From: a virus
Reading direction: 5' to 3' (one strand)
Virus record (IMG/VR): IMGVR_UViG_3300025018_001404
Location: 1 to 64,000 of that record
Length of the DNA stretch: 64,000 nucleotides
Shown here: positions 37,491-46,503 of the stretch, piece by piece
Numbering within the stretch: position 1 is the stretch's first letter
Layout of the letters: each line of letters starts with the position of its first letter
Program-made: the position numbers and the translations under genes
Notes under the pieces: model-generated
What the model was told of the DNA's origin: nothing
Seen by the model: the letters and a program-made list of their open reading frames with translations, nothing else
The model's database searches: none

Positions 37491-38713
37491 CGACGTGGAA
37501 CTCATCTGACCGTTACGGCAATCCGTCGCGTATGACGTTCTCTAACGGAGACCCCACCGTTGCGGCCACGAGCGGCTACTGGACTGGAGGGCTATGGCAA
37601 TCGGTGCGAGGCACCACGTCCAAGAGTGGAGGCAAGGTGGTGTTCCAGACCAGCCCTGACGTACTGACTAACGACATGCGCACGGTTACAGGGCTGATGA
37701 CATCAGGTCCCAATATTCAGGACGACCCTGGTGTCTATCCGGGCCAAACGCCCACCGGGATAGGATACTATGGGAATGACGGCAGCGTGTATCTGAACGC
37801 CGTGAGCATCGCCACACTCCGGAGGCAGGGCAACTCACCAATCATGGTGGCCGCCGACTTCGACGCGGCTCTAGCCTGGTTCGCGGTCAGCGAGGCGCTT
37901 GGATCATGCTTCGAGCCGCAAGCAACTCCGATCATCATATCTAACAACCGAATGACCGTGAACATTGAGGGGTACGCGGTGGGCGAGTGGCGCGGCTCGC
38001 GCAGCATAACAGAGCGGTCATCTGGGTTACTTTACTGCGAGTGCACGCCGTCCGCGTCGTCTACTACGGTATTCGGGCTGTGCAACAGCGCGCAGAGCAT
38101 GACGGCCAACAACACGATTGGCCAGGGCGGCACCGAAGGTGTCAGCTACAAGTCAGACGGGACCACCGTTAATTGCGGCGGCGTTTCCATGTCGGCTTGG
38201 GGGACCAACACAATCGGCATGGCCGTCAACCTGACCACCGGCAACGTGTGGTTCTACGATCCGGCGACCGGATACTGGAACGGCAACGCCAGTTATGACC
38301 CTGCGGCAGGTACGGGCGGGATCAACTTGGCGACACAGACTGTAAGCGGCCCTTACTACGCCGCCGTCAAATGCTACAGCGCCGACGCGCAAACCATGAA
38401 TTTTGGTGCGTCGGCGTTCGTACACACGGTACCTTCAGGGTTCATGGCCTGGGACAACCCATCGGTGCCTACCCTGTGGAACGGTGACGTATTAGCGAAT
38501 CAGAATCCTGCCACGGGTGTCGGTGGTCTGGATATCTCTGGCTTCGGCGCGGCGGCGTTCCCAGCCTGGTCTACGTTCGACCTTAATACCAGCACCGCGA
38601 ACTTTAGTGGAGCACCGCTGTTCGGGGTAGATGTACCGTTCGGCTTCGGATCGTGGGACCCCCAACCGTCCAGGTGGGCGGGATACAGACCTGGTGGCAT
38701 GGTGATGACATAG
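37487..38713 (+). CDS. SPRY/concanavalin-like receptor-binding protein with two domains
   Basis: Two copies of SN...T...W.S.R.....SG...(F/Y), MAV.L..G..WF, NFG...F...VP.GF..WD. Confidence 0.7.
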   Translation: MTTWNSSDRYGNPSRMTFSNGDPTVAATSGYWTGGLWQSVRGTTSKSGGKVVFQTSPDVLTNDMRTVTGLMTSGPNIQDDPGVYPGQTPTGIGYYGNDGSVYLNAVSIATLRRQGNSPIMVAADFDAALAWFAVSEALGSCFEPQATPIIISNNRMTVNIEGYAVGEWRGSRSITERSSGLLYCECTPSASSTTVFGLCNSAQSMTANNTIGQGGTEGVSYKSDGTTVNCGGVSMSAWGTNTIGMAVNLTTGNVWFYDPATGYWNGNASYDPAAGTGGINLATQTVSGPYYAAVKCYSADAQTMNFGASAFVHTVPSGFMAWDNPSVPTLWNGDVLANQNPATGVGGLDISGFGAAAFPAWSTFDLNTSTANFSGAPLFGVDVPFGFGSWDPQPSRWAGYRPGGMVMT

Positions 38714-38783
38714 TAGCCATAGCCTAGACACGGTACCTCTTTCCGAAGTAGTGTATACTGTATTACAGAGAAGGAATTTTGCC

Positions 38784-39035
38784 GTGACAGAGATTAGCGA
38801 GGACTACGTCAATAAAGTGGCTGATGAAGTGGCCAAGAGGATAGTCAATCAGTTGATGACCACCCTTGGTGTAGACGCTTCCAACCCTCTGGAAATGCAG
38901 AAAGACTTCCAGCACCTCCGGGCATGGCGCACTTCTATGGAGAGTGTCCGTAGCAAGAGTATCTTAACCATTGTGAGCACTGCGGTTCTTGGAATCGCGA
39001 CTCTGGTATGGATGGCCCTGACACGGACGTACTAA
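38784..39035 (+). CDS. Holin/antiholin-like single-TM protein
   Basis: LGVD...PLEMQKDFQHLR.WR plus a C-terminal TM helix; start of the lysis cassette. Confidence 0.65.
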   Translation: MTEISEDYVNKVADEVAKRIVNQLMTTLGVDASNPLEMQKDFQHLRAWRTSMESVRSKSILTIVSTAVLGIATLVWMALTRTY

Positions 39036-39077
39036 TAGGCGTATGATTCGCCCAAATAAGACTCTAAGGATAAAGAC

Positions 39078-39302
39078 ATGGATTTCACTTTTCTCGGTCT
39101 GACGACCGCCATGAACATGCTTTGGTTGCTTGTTGGCTTTGTTGGCGTGATCTTCGGGCTTCGCTACTTCGACAAGTCTCTCGGCATCAGTTTCAAATCT
39201 CAGGTGTGGGATGTCATTGCTACGAACTCTATGGCTCTCGCTGTTTATCATGGTCTCAGGCTCATTGCTGTCGCCATGCTTCTCAGCGCCGCTATTAAAT
39301 AA
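39078..39302 (+). CDS. Holin
   Basis: 74 aa with two TM helices, overlapping the endolysin start. Confidence 0.7.
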   Translation: MDFTFLGLTTAMNMLWLLVGFVGVIFGLRYFDKSLGISFKSQVWDVIATNSMALAVYHGLRLIAVAMLLSAAIK

Positions 39303-39795
39303 CCACCAATACGACGAGTCTATCCAGTCCTCCGTAAAGCGGTATTGGGCCGGTTATCCCGACTGGAAGTGGTGGAAGGCGCAACTTTACCAGGAGAGCC
39401 TGCTGGAGCCTACAGCCCGTTCCCACGTCGGTGCTGAGGGCATCGCTCAGTTCATGCCTGCCACCTGGCGTCAAGTATCGAAGCAGATGGGCTATCGGAG
39501 CATATCACCGCGTGATGCAAAGTATGCCATCGCAGCCGGTGCGTTCTACATGGCGCAATTGAAGCGTAGCTGGAAAGCAAAGCGACCCGAGATGGATCGC
39601 CATTTCCTCGCAGCGGCTTCGTACAATGCTGGGATGGGGAATATCCTGCACGCTCAGGACAGATGCGGCAATAAATCTCTCTACAAGGAAATTATTGCTT
39701 GCCTTCCGCAGGTAACTGGCAGACACTCTCGTGAAACGATTACATACGTCGAACGTATTCAAAAATGGTACCACATTCTGGAGACTGAACGATGA
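39211..39795 (+). CDS. Endolysin, SLT lytic transglycosylase with an N-terminal signal-like segment
   Basis: QES, A.S.VGA.GIAQFMPATW, ASYNAG.G, ETITYV.RI. Confidence 0.93.
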   Translation: MSLLRTLWLSLFIMVSGSLLSPCFSAPLLNNHQYDESIQSSVKRYWAGYPDWKWWKAQLYQESLLEPTARSHVGAEGIAQFMPATWRQVSKQMGYRSISPRDAKYAIAAGAFYMAQLKRSWKAKRPEMDRHFLAAASYNAGMGNILHAQDRCGNKSLYKEIIACLPQVTGRHSRETITYVERIQKWYHILETER

Positions 39796-40382
39796 GAATT
39801 TCCTGCTTGGCGCATGACGCCGGTTACGAGGAATGGACCAGCCTGCTCAGCCAGGGCAAGAACGTCAAGGTGTTCTTGAACGGTGTCCTGATGGACAACG
39901 TCGTCATTGCTGACGACCAGAAGGACGAGATCGTCTGCCACGCTTCTCCGATCCGAGTCGATAATGCGACCGGTGAATGCGCTGTCGAATCCTATTATGG
40001 CCGCGTGAGTATCGAAGTCTGCGATCCTGAGCCTGTGCCTGATACGTTTCAGGTGAGCCTGGTCGAAAACTCAGTTGACATTACCGGCGACGGCGATCTT
40101 CCGTCCGATGTGTTCTGCTTCAAGACGGATTTCTTTGTGCCTCTCGGCGCTGACCTTGCCGTGTTGAACGGGGTACGCAACGTCTGGCTTCGGGACGCTC
40201 TTGAACTGGATTTAGCACCGAACTCTGGGTTCGAGGTAGACTACGGCTCCGAGCCGTCTGCCAGTGTTGGCGTAGACGAGTTCGGCCACACCTACTTCGA
40301 AGAACCGGATGACTTTGTTATCTTCGATGAGTTTTCCGACATCGAGGACTCACTGAGTCGCATGTTAAGTGAACGCCTGTAG
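39792..40382 (+). CDS. Acidic hypothetical protein inside the lysis cassette
   Basis: ATGA overlap with the endolysin; 196-aa ORF. Confidence 0.65.
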   Translation: MRISCLAHDAGYEEWTSLLSQGKNVKVFLNGVLMDNVVIADDQKDEIVCHASPIRVDNATGECAVESYYGRVSIEVCDPEPVPDTFQVSLVENSVDITGDGDLPSDVFCFKTDFFVPLGADLAVLNGVRNVWLRDALELDLAPNSGFEVDYGSEPSASVGVDEFGHTYFEEPDDFVIFDEFSDIEDSLSRMLSERL

Positions 40383-40450
40383 AAATCTGTTTCTGGTGCT
40401 GAACGTCGTCTTCTTGGCGGCGTTCTTCTACTTTGCTAGAGAGTGGTAAC

Positions 40451-41008
40451 ATGTTCGCAGCCGCAGGCGCGTGGATCGCAGGCAAAGGCCTGAAGTACAT
40501 CCTCAGTGGTCTCGTGATCGCTGCCATCGTTGGTGGACTGGCGTGGAAGTGGAGTGACTTCAAATCCGGTCTCATCGAGCAGGGCCGCGTCGAAGGCCGC
40601 GCTGAAATCCAGGCTCTGTGGGATGAGGACACTCAGGCCAGGGAAAAAGAGTTTGCAGCCTTACTGGCCCACTACCACGCCAAGGAACAGGCGTACAACG
40701 CCAGGATCGTTAAACTCCAACAGGACAAAGCACATGAAGTGGCTCGTATTAACACTAGCCTCCAGCTTGCTCTTGACAGCTTGCGCGACCGCCCGTACAA
40801 GCGCGCCGCTCCCCCCGACCCCGCCACGTTTACATCCGATTCAGAGGGAAGTACCGGCGCGGGACTGGCAAGGCCAGATGCAGAATTTCTTGCAGGGTAC
40901 GCTGCCGACGCAGCCCAACTCGACTCCGAACTGAACTTCTGTATAGAGTCCCACAACGCTGCAGTGGAGGCGATCAACTCTCTGTCGTCCCCTAGCGGCC
41001 CACCATAA
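40451..41008 (+). CDS. i-spanin (Rz-like)
   Basis: N-terminal TM, coiled coil, L...DAEFL...AADA..L...L..C. Confidence 0.85.
   Translation: MFAAAGAWIAGKGLKYILSGLVIAAIVGGLAWKWSDFKSGLIEQGRVEGRAEIQALWDEDTQAREKEFAALLAHYHAKEQAYNARIVKLQQDKAHEVARINTSLQLALDSLRDRPYKRAAPPDPATFTSDSEGSTGAGLARPDAEFLAGYAADAAQLDSELNFCIESHNAAVEAINSLSSPSGPP
40734..40934 (+). CDS. o-spanin (Rz1-like lipoprotein), embedded
   Basis: MKWLVLTLASSLLLTA|C lipobox and Pro-rich body, in a shifted frame inside Rz; RBS AGGA. Confidence 0.88.
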   Translation: MKWLVLTLASSLLLTACATARTSAPLPPTPPRLHPIQREVPARDWQGQMQNFLQGTLPTQPNSTPN

Positions 41009-41056
41009 CCGGGCGTATACTACCTACATTCGCAATTTCTTTCCAAGAGGTCTATT

Positions 41057-41143
41057 ATGGATAAGTTTCGTGCATGGCTCAAGGACTGGCGTGTGTGGGC
41101 GGGTGCTACTGGCTTCCTGCTTATGGTTTGCCTGTTCTTCTAG
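41057..41143 (+). CDS. 28-aa membrane peptide
   Basis: MDKFRAWLKDWRVWAGATGFLLMVCLFF; RBS AAGAGG. Confidence 0.55.
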   Translation: MDKFRAWLKDWRVWAGATGFLLMVCLFF

Positions 41144-41333
41144 GTCGATATGTCCTGGTTTATGGAAATGTTTCCCCATAGCCCGATAACCAGGACAGTC
41201 ACCTACTTTCAGCGGAAACCTAAACGATGCTGGCTCTCAGTAGGTATCATCATAGGCGTGATCGCCTGCGCCATATTCAGGCGCGGATAAAACTCTTCTT
41301 CATCTCAGTAGTAATAGGCGCTTCGACGTATGC

Positions 41334-41582
41334 CTAACGCCTTAGCGGTAAGGCAGTGATAATTCGGTCGATAGTGCTATCCCAGACTACTCGCACGGTA
41401 CGGCCAAGGTATGGAACGTAGTACTGCGCCCTGGTAGCATCAGTTCTGGTTATAAGAATCGCGTTACCTGTCTTGACCTTGCTGCAAAGAGAATCGTAGT
41501 CATTCTCATCGCAATTAACTCTGTACCGTTCTTCGAGTCTTTGAATCGTATGCTCGACCAGAGCCGGGTATGGGTTAGTCAT
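41334..41582 (-). CDS. Hypothetical protein (H...R..ERY...IITALP, RelE-like pattern)
   Basis: HTIQRLEERY, VRVVWD, IITALP. Confidence 0.6.
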   Translation of the reverse strand: MTNPYPALVEHTIQRLEERYRVNCDENDYDSLCSKVKTGNAILITRTDATRAQYYVPYLGRTVRVVWDSTIDRIITALPLRR

Positions 41583-41760
41583 AGCTATACCAGCGACTGA
41601 TTTTCGAAAGACGTGCGATCTCTTCTCGCGCCTCCTCCATCAGTCTGTAGTGACAGAGTTCGCGGTGATACTGGATTACAGGTGTGTGAGCACCACAGTT
41701 GCAGGCGGCTACACTAGCAGCCTGAAGGCGGCTTAGAAGATTATGAGTGTTTCTGTTCAT
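41575..41760 (-). CDS. Small Cys/His-containing hypothetical protein
   Basis: CNC...P....H...CHYR. Confidence 0.6.
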   Translation of the reverse strand: MNRNTHNLLSRLQAASVAACNCGAHTPVIQYHRELCHYRLMEEAREEIARLSKISRWYSYD

Positions 41761-41882
41761 GGGAAATCCTTGAAGGTATCTTTCCAAAGCCAGTACATCT
41801 GATCGTCACCGACCCAATCCATGAAGAATGAGAAGGCCAGTAGCGCCAGAAGAAACAGTGTCCATCGTATCGCTACGAGCAT
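41757..41882 (-). CDS. 41-aa membrane peptide
   Basis: MLVAIRWTLFLLALLAFSFFMDW...; overlaps both neighbours. Confidence 0.5.
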   Translation of the reverse strand: MLVAIRWTLFLLALLAFSFFMDWVGDDQMYWLWKDTFKDFP

Positions 41883-44197
41883 TTAGAGTAACCGCAGGAC
41901 ATGCAGGACTCGCAGCCTTCCTGCATCTTCAGTCCAGGCATCGAGCATTTGGGACACGACTTGCCGACGTATTTCTTCTCTATCGCTTCAACGTGCTGAT
42001 CCAATGGGATAGTACCACCCGTTAAACTCGGCATATTCGCGTCGTAGACCGTGTCCATGTGCTCAAGGATGACACTACCGATAGCCGCCAGCAGAGACGG
42101 CACGTAGCCTTTTCCCGGCATCCACTGACCGCCCCTGGGGTCGAACACGGCCATCAGTTCCTCGACAACGAAGTGGATATTGCCGCCTCGACGGAAGATC
42201 GCAGAGATCATCCTGGTCAGAGCAATGGTCCAGGCGTAGTGCTCCATATTCTTGGAGTTGATGAAGATTTCAAAAGGCCTGCGGACGCCGTTCTCGACGA
42301 TATCCGAGATCGTGATATACATGGCGTGATCGCTGTCAGGCCACTTCAACTTGTAAGTCTTGCTGTCGAGTGTTTCGGGCCTTGGCGTTATCCCGTCAGG
42401 GATATTATCCGCAGGTTTCGCGGCGATTACGGCCTCTTTTTCCCGCACGGGATCGGGCGAAACGGTTGTAACTCCGCTGTCACCTCCATCGGCGGCACGT
42501 ACTTCGGGTTGGCCGACACTGAGAACCGAACCGGTGATGTCATTCGGGCGGTAGGTTGTGCAACCCTTGCAACCTGTGTCATAGGCAAGCTGATAGACAC
42601 TCTTGAATTCCTCAAAATCGATATCCTCGGGAACATTGATCGTCTTGGAAATCGAGTTATCGACAAACTCCTGTGCCGCTGCCTGCATAAGAACATGCTG
42701 GCTAGGTGTCAGGTCCTGAGCCGTGGTGAAGTAGTCAGGCAACTCTTGGCCAGGAAACATCTGGCGAAACAGCGCCACAGCATAATCTTCAACCTTCTCT
42801 TCGGTCTTGCTACCATCAGGCTGGGTGACCTTGCGGTTGAATTCGTAGGCAAAGATCGGTTCGATACCAGATGACACGTTTTCAGCGAACAGTGAAATGG
42901 TGCCCGTTGGCGCAATCGATGTCAGCAGGGCGTTCCTGATACCTACATCATTGATCGCTTTTTTCAGTCCGTCAGACAGTCCTGCCGCGTGTCCGCTATG
43001 GGCAAACTTGCCCCGTTCGAATAGAGGGAAAGGGCCTTTCTCTCGCGCCAGATCGATTGACTCGGAGCAGGCAAACCCCTCTATATAACGCATGACCTCG
43101 CGGGTGATCTGGATAGCATCTTCGGAGCCGTAGCGGCTGCACAGCATGGCGAGGGCGTCAGCAAGGCCCGTAACCCCGAGACCGATCCTGCGCTTCGCCT
43201 TGGCCTCCGCATCCTGTTCAGGAAGTGGAAACCTGGAGACATCCACGACGTTATCCATCATTCGAATAGCCACACGGACAGTTTCGTCCAATGCGTCTAC
43301 ATTCAGGCGAGCCTGCTCAGTGAAAGGATCAAGGACGAACTTCACCAAATTAATGGAGCCAAGCAAGCAGCAGCCATATGGAGGCAGAGCCTGCTCGCCA
43401 CAAGGATTGGTGGCTGATATGTGCTCCGCATACCATAGGTTGTTTCTTTTATTGATCTGATCGATAAAGATAACGCCGGGTTCTGCAAAGGCGTAGGTGG
43501 ACTCCATAATCTTGTCCCACAGATCACGCGCCTGCACCCAACGGTAGACCTCACCGTTGAACCGTAGTGGCCACTTCCAGCCTTCCTTAACCGCTTCCAT
43601 GAAGTCGTCAGTGACCAGGACAGACATGTTGAACATCCGGAGCCTCAGAGGGTCTCTCTTGGCCGCGATAAAGTCTTCGATGTCGGGATGGTCGCAACGG
43701 AGAGTCGCCATCATAGCGCCACGGCGGGTGCCAGCAGACATGATCGTGCGGCACATGGAATCCCATACATCCATGAAGGACAGAGGACCACTGGCGTCTG
43801 CATCAACGCCCTTTACCCGCGCCCCCTTGGGCCGTAGCGTGGAGAAGTCGTATCCGATACCACCACCCTGCTGCATAGTGAGAGCAGCTTCCTTGAGCGC
43901 CTGGAAGATACCGGGGAGGGAGTCAGGGATGGTGCCCATGACGAAGCAGTTCATCAGGGTGACATTCCGGCCTGTACCTGCCCCCGCAATGATCCGGCCA
44001 GCCGGTAGGAACTTGAAGTCAGACAGAGCGTCGAAGAACTTCAATGACCAGTGTTCCCGCATTTCAGGCTTCTCAGCCTGCGCCAGAGCGTTGGCGATCC
44101 TGAACCATGTCCCGTCTATGCTCTCCCCCTCGTACCGATACTTCATGTTCCAGATTTGGTCCGAAATGGCGGGGTAGGGGAGGACGGCTGCGGTCAT
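41873..44197 (-). CDS. nrdJ: Class II (B12-dependent) ribonucleotide reductase
   Basis: FLPAGRI, NCFV, TNPCGEQ, APTGTIS, C-terminal TSCPD-like domain with a Zn ribbon; no NrdB nearby. Confidence 0.95.
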   Translation of the reverse strand: MTAAVLPYPAISDQIWNMKYRYEGESIDGTWFRIANALAQAEKPEMREHWSLKFFDALSDFKFLPAGRIIAGAGTGRNVTLMNCFVMGTIPDSLPGIFQALKEAALTMQQGGGIGYDFSTLRPKGARVKGVDADASGPLSFMDVWDSMCRTIMSAGTRRGAMMATLRCDHPDIEDFIAAKRDPLRLRMFNMSVLVTDDFMEAVKEGWKWPLRFNGEVYRWVQARDLWDKIMESTYAFAEPGVIFIDQINKRNNLWYAEHISATNPCGEQALPPYGCCLLGSINLVKFVLDPFTEQARLNVDALDETVRVAIRMMDNVVDVSRFPLPEQDAEAKAKRRIGLGVTGLADALAMLCSRYGSEDAIQITREVMRYIEGFACSESIDLAREKGPFPLFERGKFAHSGHAAGLSDGLKKAINDVGIRNALLTSIAPTGTISLFAENVSSGIEPIFAYEFNRKVTQPDGSKTEEKVEDYAVALFRQMFPGQELPDYFTTAQDLTPSQHVLMQAAAQEFVDNSISKTINVPEDIDFEEFKSVYQLAYDTGCKGCTTYRPNDITGSVLSVGQPEVRAADGGDSGVTTVSPDPVREKEAVIAAKPADNIPDGITPRPETLDSKTYKLKWPDSDHAMYITISDIVENGVRRPFEIFINSKNMEHYAWTIALTRMISAIFRRGGNIHFVVEELMAVFDPRGGQWMPGKGYVPSLLAAIGSVILEHMDTVYDANMPSLTGGTIPLDQHVEAIEKKYVGKSCPKCSMPGLKMQEGCESCMSCGYSKCS

Positions 44198-44267
44198 CGT
44201 TTTATTGCCTTCTATGTCAACTGAGTCGGAAACATTAGTCTACGTGTCAGCGGGTTATCCGTCTACA

Positions 44268-44699
44268 TCAAAGGTGTATAATCTGCACGGTGTCGTCGGT
44301 GTAGATGTCCAGGGTTGCCGCCAGTATGACGGCCATCTCGGCGGAAACACCCGCAGCCATAGCCCCTTCCGCGTACTTACCACCAGAACCGATAGAAAAG
44401 AAGTCCCTATCAGAGTAGTCGTTCCACCACCAATCACTGTCCTCAGAAGTTGATAATATCCGTCCAGACATATCAACGTGAATTATACCGACATTCTCTA
44501 CTAATTTATTGTTTTCTTTCAACCAAACTCTATTGTGCGACAGGACGTTTTCTACAATGTCTGGGTTTATAGAGCCAGATATCCCAAACAATCCTTTATC
44601 CGTCTTGAAAATCTTCCTCACTACCCCGTAGTTACCCCACGCATTGGTGTACCTGCTGTCCGCAGCCATAATCCCGTCTCGGTATGCAATCGTAGTCAT
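44268..44699 (-). CDS. HslV/proteasome-like Ntn-hydrolase protein
   Basis: MTTIAY..G.MAADS, IGSG..YA.GAM.AG, D.YT. Confidence 0.8.
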   Translation of the reverse strand: MTTIAYRDGIMAADSRYTNAWGNYGVVRKIFKTDKGLFGISGSINPDIVENVLSHNRVWLKENNKLVENVGIIHVDMSGRILSTSEDSDWWWNDYSDRDFFSIGSGGKYAEGAMAAGVSAEMAVILAATLDIYTDDTVQIIHL

Positions 44700-44875
44700 C
44701 AGACCCTGTCCATCTTGTGCAATTCGCATTTCGACTTCACAGCCTTGGGATTGAATTCGTACATGCACTTCTGCTGCTCCATGGCCATACGGCTCCCGTC
44801 TAGGAAAGCCCCGCACTGCGAGCAGACGTTAATGGTGTCAGCGAAATCCGCTTCAGAAACCTTGTTCATTTTCAT
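44699..44875 (-). CDS. 58-aa Cys-rich hypothetical protein
   Basis: Manual translation MKMNKVSEADFADTINVCSQCGAF...KCELHKMDRV; overlaps at both ends. Confidence 0.5.
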   Translation of the reverse strand: MKMNKVSEADFADTINVCSQCGAFLDGSRMAMEQQKCMYEFNPKAVKSKCELHKMDRV

Positions 44876-45369
44876 TCCTTCACAAATGCTGGGACAGCGT
44901 CAGGGTAGGTCTCAATGATCTGCAGGGCCTTGGTGTTCGCGCCAGACATGAATTCAGACCAATCCTTTACAGATGGTGCCCGGTCATCGACAAAGTTGCC
45001 TTCGTACATGCCGTCCCTGAGGACAACAAGGGAAGCGATAGCCTTGTCGATATGAGAAATCCCGGAGTCAGGATCGATATCCTCGCCTTCGAACCAGGAC
45101 ATCATGTGCCCTGCGGCGGCATCGACGTACACTGAGGCTCTGACCCCGGCGACTCGGTAGTTATGGCGTCCATATTTGCGGGCACCCTCGAACATCGCCA
45201 ATCCGACACCCACAAGCACCCGCAAGGGGACATAGCTGAACCAGCGGGCTTTCTTGCTGCCTACAGCGTCCTTGGGATTCGTATCCTTGGTAGCGGGGGC
45301 ATCGAAAGGAATACCGCGATTCTTCATATGTTGCCTGGCCAGATCAGCAGTCGGACTTCCCATATTCAA
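44872..45369 (-). CDS. dATP/dGTP diphosphohydrolase-domain protein (DUF5664-like)
   Basis: TNPKDAVG.KK, EGARKYGRHNYR, W.EGEDIDPDSG..H. Confidence 0.8.
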   Translation of the reverse strand: MNMGSPTADLARQHMKNRGIPFDAPATKDTNPKDAVGSKKARWFSYVPLRVLVGVGLAMFEGARKYGRHNYRVAGVRASVYVDAAAGHMMSWFEGEDIDPDSGISHIDKAIASLVVLRDGMYEGNFVDDRAPSVKDWSEFMSGANTKALQIIETYPDAVPAFVKE

Positions 45370-45842
45370 ACTCCAGGCGTCAAAATAGATGTCACGATAT
45401 GTGCGGCTTCTTCCAGAGTCGGGACCACGTACCCTGCGATCTCCGTCATCATGGCGTGGTCATGAATCGACCCTCGTTCCGCGATCATTACGACTGGTTT
45501 ACGGTAGGCATTAGCCCAGCCGAACTCGATAGCCGTTCCCAGACTGGCCCTGTTTACACCGAGAAAGCACGCAACCATGGCATCACAGGTCATCACGTCA
45601 TTGTGGTCGCGGGTGACGATCCCGGATGCTGACGCCAGCATGTTTCCTATACTGGCACAATCCAGTTCAGAACTGCCGTGACACTTTACGTGCGCCAGAA
45701 ACTCTTTTGCCCTCATAGGGCTTACAGGAAGGATATGCTCCGGTAGCATCGAGGCGAATTCTTCACGCCAACCATGCCGTGCATCACCATACGACAGACC
45801 AGCTATGGGACCCGCCAGGTAAATAGTACGGGTAGGGTTCAT
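45366..45842 (-). CDS. Nucleoside 2-deoxyribosyltransferase family protein
   Basis: IYLAGPI, RD..DV..CD, SLGTAIEFGWA...RKPVV. Confidence 0.85.
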   Translation of the reverse strand: MNPTRTIYLAGPIAGLSYGDARHGWREEFASMLPEHILPVSPMRAKEFLAHVKCHGSSELDCASIGNMLASASGIVTRDHNDVMTCDAMVACFLGVNRASLGTAIEFGWANAYRKPVVMIAERGSIHDHAMMTEIAGYVVPTLEEAAHIVTSILTPGV

Positions 45843-46210
45843 CTGTCGTCTCCGCTGCCCCGCACGGTGCCTCGGGAGTCTCGCTCAGTTACCTTATCCA
45901 GGTTGATCTGGGCGACGTGGCGAAGGTCGGACTGCAGTTCCTGGGCGGCTGCGGTGAGGTACCACATGACATCGCCAAGTTCTTTCAGCATGGCGACCCG
46001 AGCCTCGCTTGAAATCTGGCCGTTGCTATCCCGCAGAATCTTCTTGACCTTGTCAGCGAATTCTCCAGCCTCTCCCGCGATTCCAAGAGCCGCGTATGAA
46101 AGACCTGAAATGCTCCCACGACCAGGATATCCTGGGCCAATGCCCTCCGCCATACGATAGGTTAAAGCGTGAAATTCATAATCTCCAAATGTCATTATAT
46201 TTACTGTCAT
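45839..46210 (-). CDS. MazG-like NTP pyrophosphohydrolase
   Basis: ALGIAGEAGEFADKVKK..RD, ELGDVMWY, GSGDDR. Confidence 0.9.
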   Translation of the reverse strand: MTVNIMTFGDYEFHALTYRMAEGIGPGYPGRGSISGLSYAALGIAGEAGEFADKVKKILRDSNGQISSEARVAMLKELGDVMWYLTAAAQELQSDLRHVAQINLDKVTERDSRGTVRGSGDDR

Positions 46211-46221
46211 CGTCTCTATCC

Positions 46222-46503
46222 TTAAAAAGTTAACTTCTCAAGTTCTCGTATCTGCTGCTTCCAGATAGCAATCTTCTTCATCTTGCAGTGTTCGGCGTAT
46301 CTTCTTGCCAATGACTTGCTCGGCTGCCAATCAGGCTGAACATACGTCTTTGTTTCCATACCTCGTTTGGTCCACGTCCTTATCTTTATTTCGTCCGGTT
46401 TAGCGGAGGTGAACCATGCGTCCACCTCCCTAATCCCCTTGGTCAATACGTGGTTCGTCAGGTACGCCTTGATCCTGCGCCTGACGATTCCATCACGTGG
46501 CAT
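46222..46503 (-). CDS. Hypothetical basic protein
   Basis: YLT..VLTKGI.EV pattern; overlapping ORF. Confidence 0.6.
   Translation of the reverse strand: MPRDGIVRRRIKAYLTNHVLTKGIREVDAWFTSAKPDEIKIRTWTKRGMETKTYVQPDWQPSKSLARRYAEHCKMKKIAIWKQQIRELEKLTF

Noticed and set aside
33066-38713. Diversity-generating retroelement acting on the tail fibres
   Set aside because: No reverse transcriptase and no adenine-variant template/variable repeat pair seen.
14455-38755. Possible third promoter class TAGAC(A/T)-N17/18-TA (14455, 16821, 38725)
   Set aside because: Few copies with variable spacing; could be ordinary weak sigma70 sites, so not called.
43170-43177. Sixth GGGGTTAC copy (minus strand, inside nrdJ)
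   Set aside because: Coding context (LGVT) and no TA hexamer at 20 bp.
44872-46210. Z-genome (2-aminoadenine) pathway
   Set aside because: No PurZ in the window, so it cannot be supported here.
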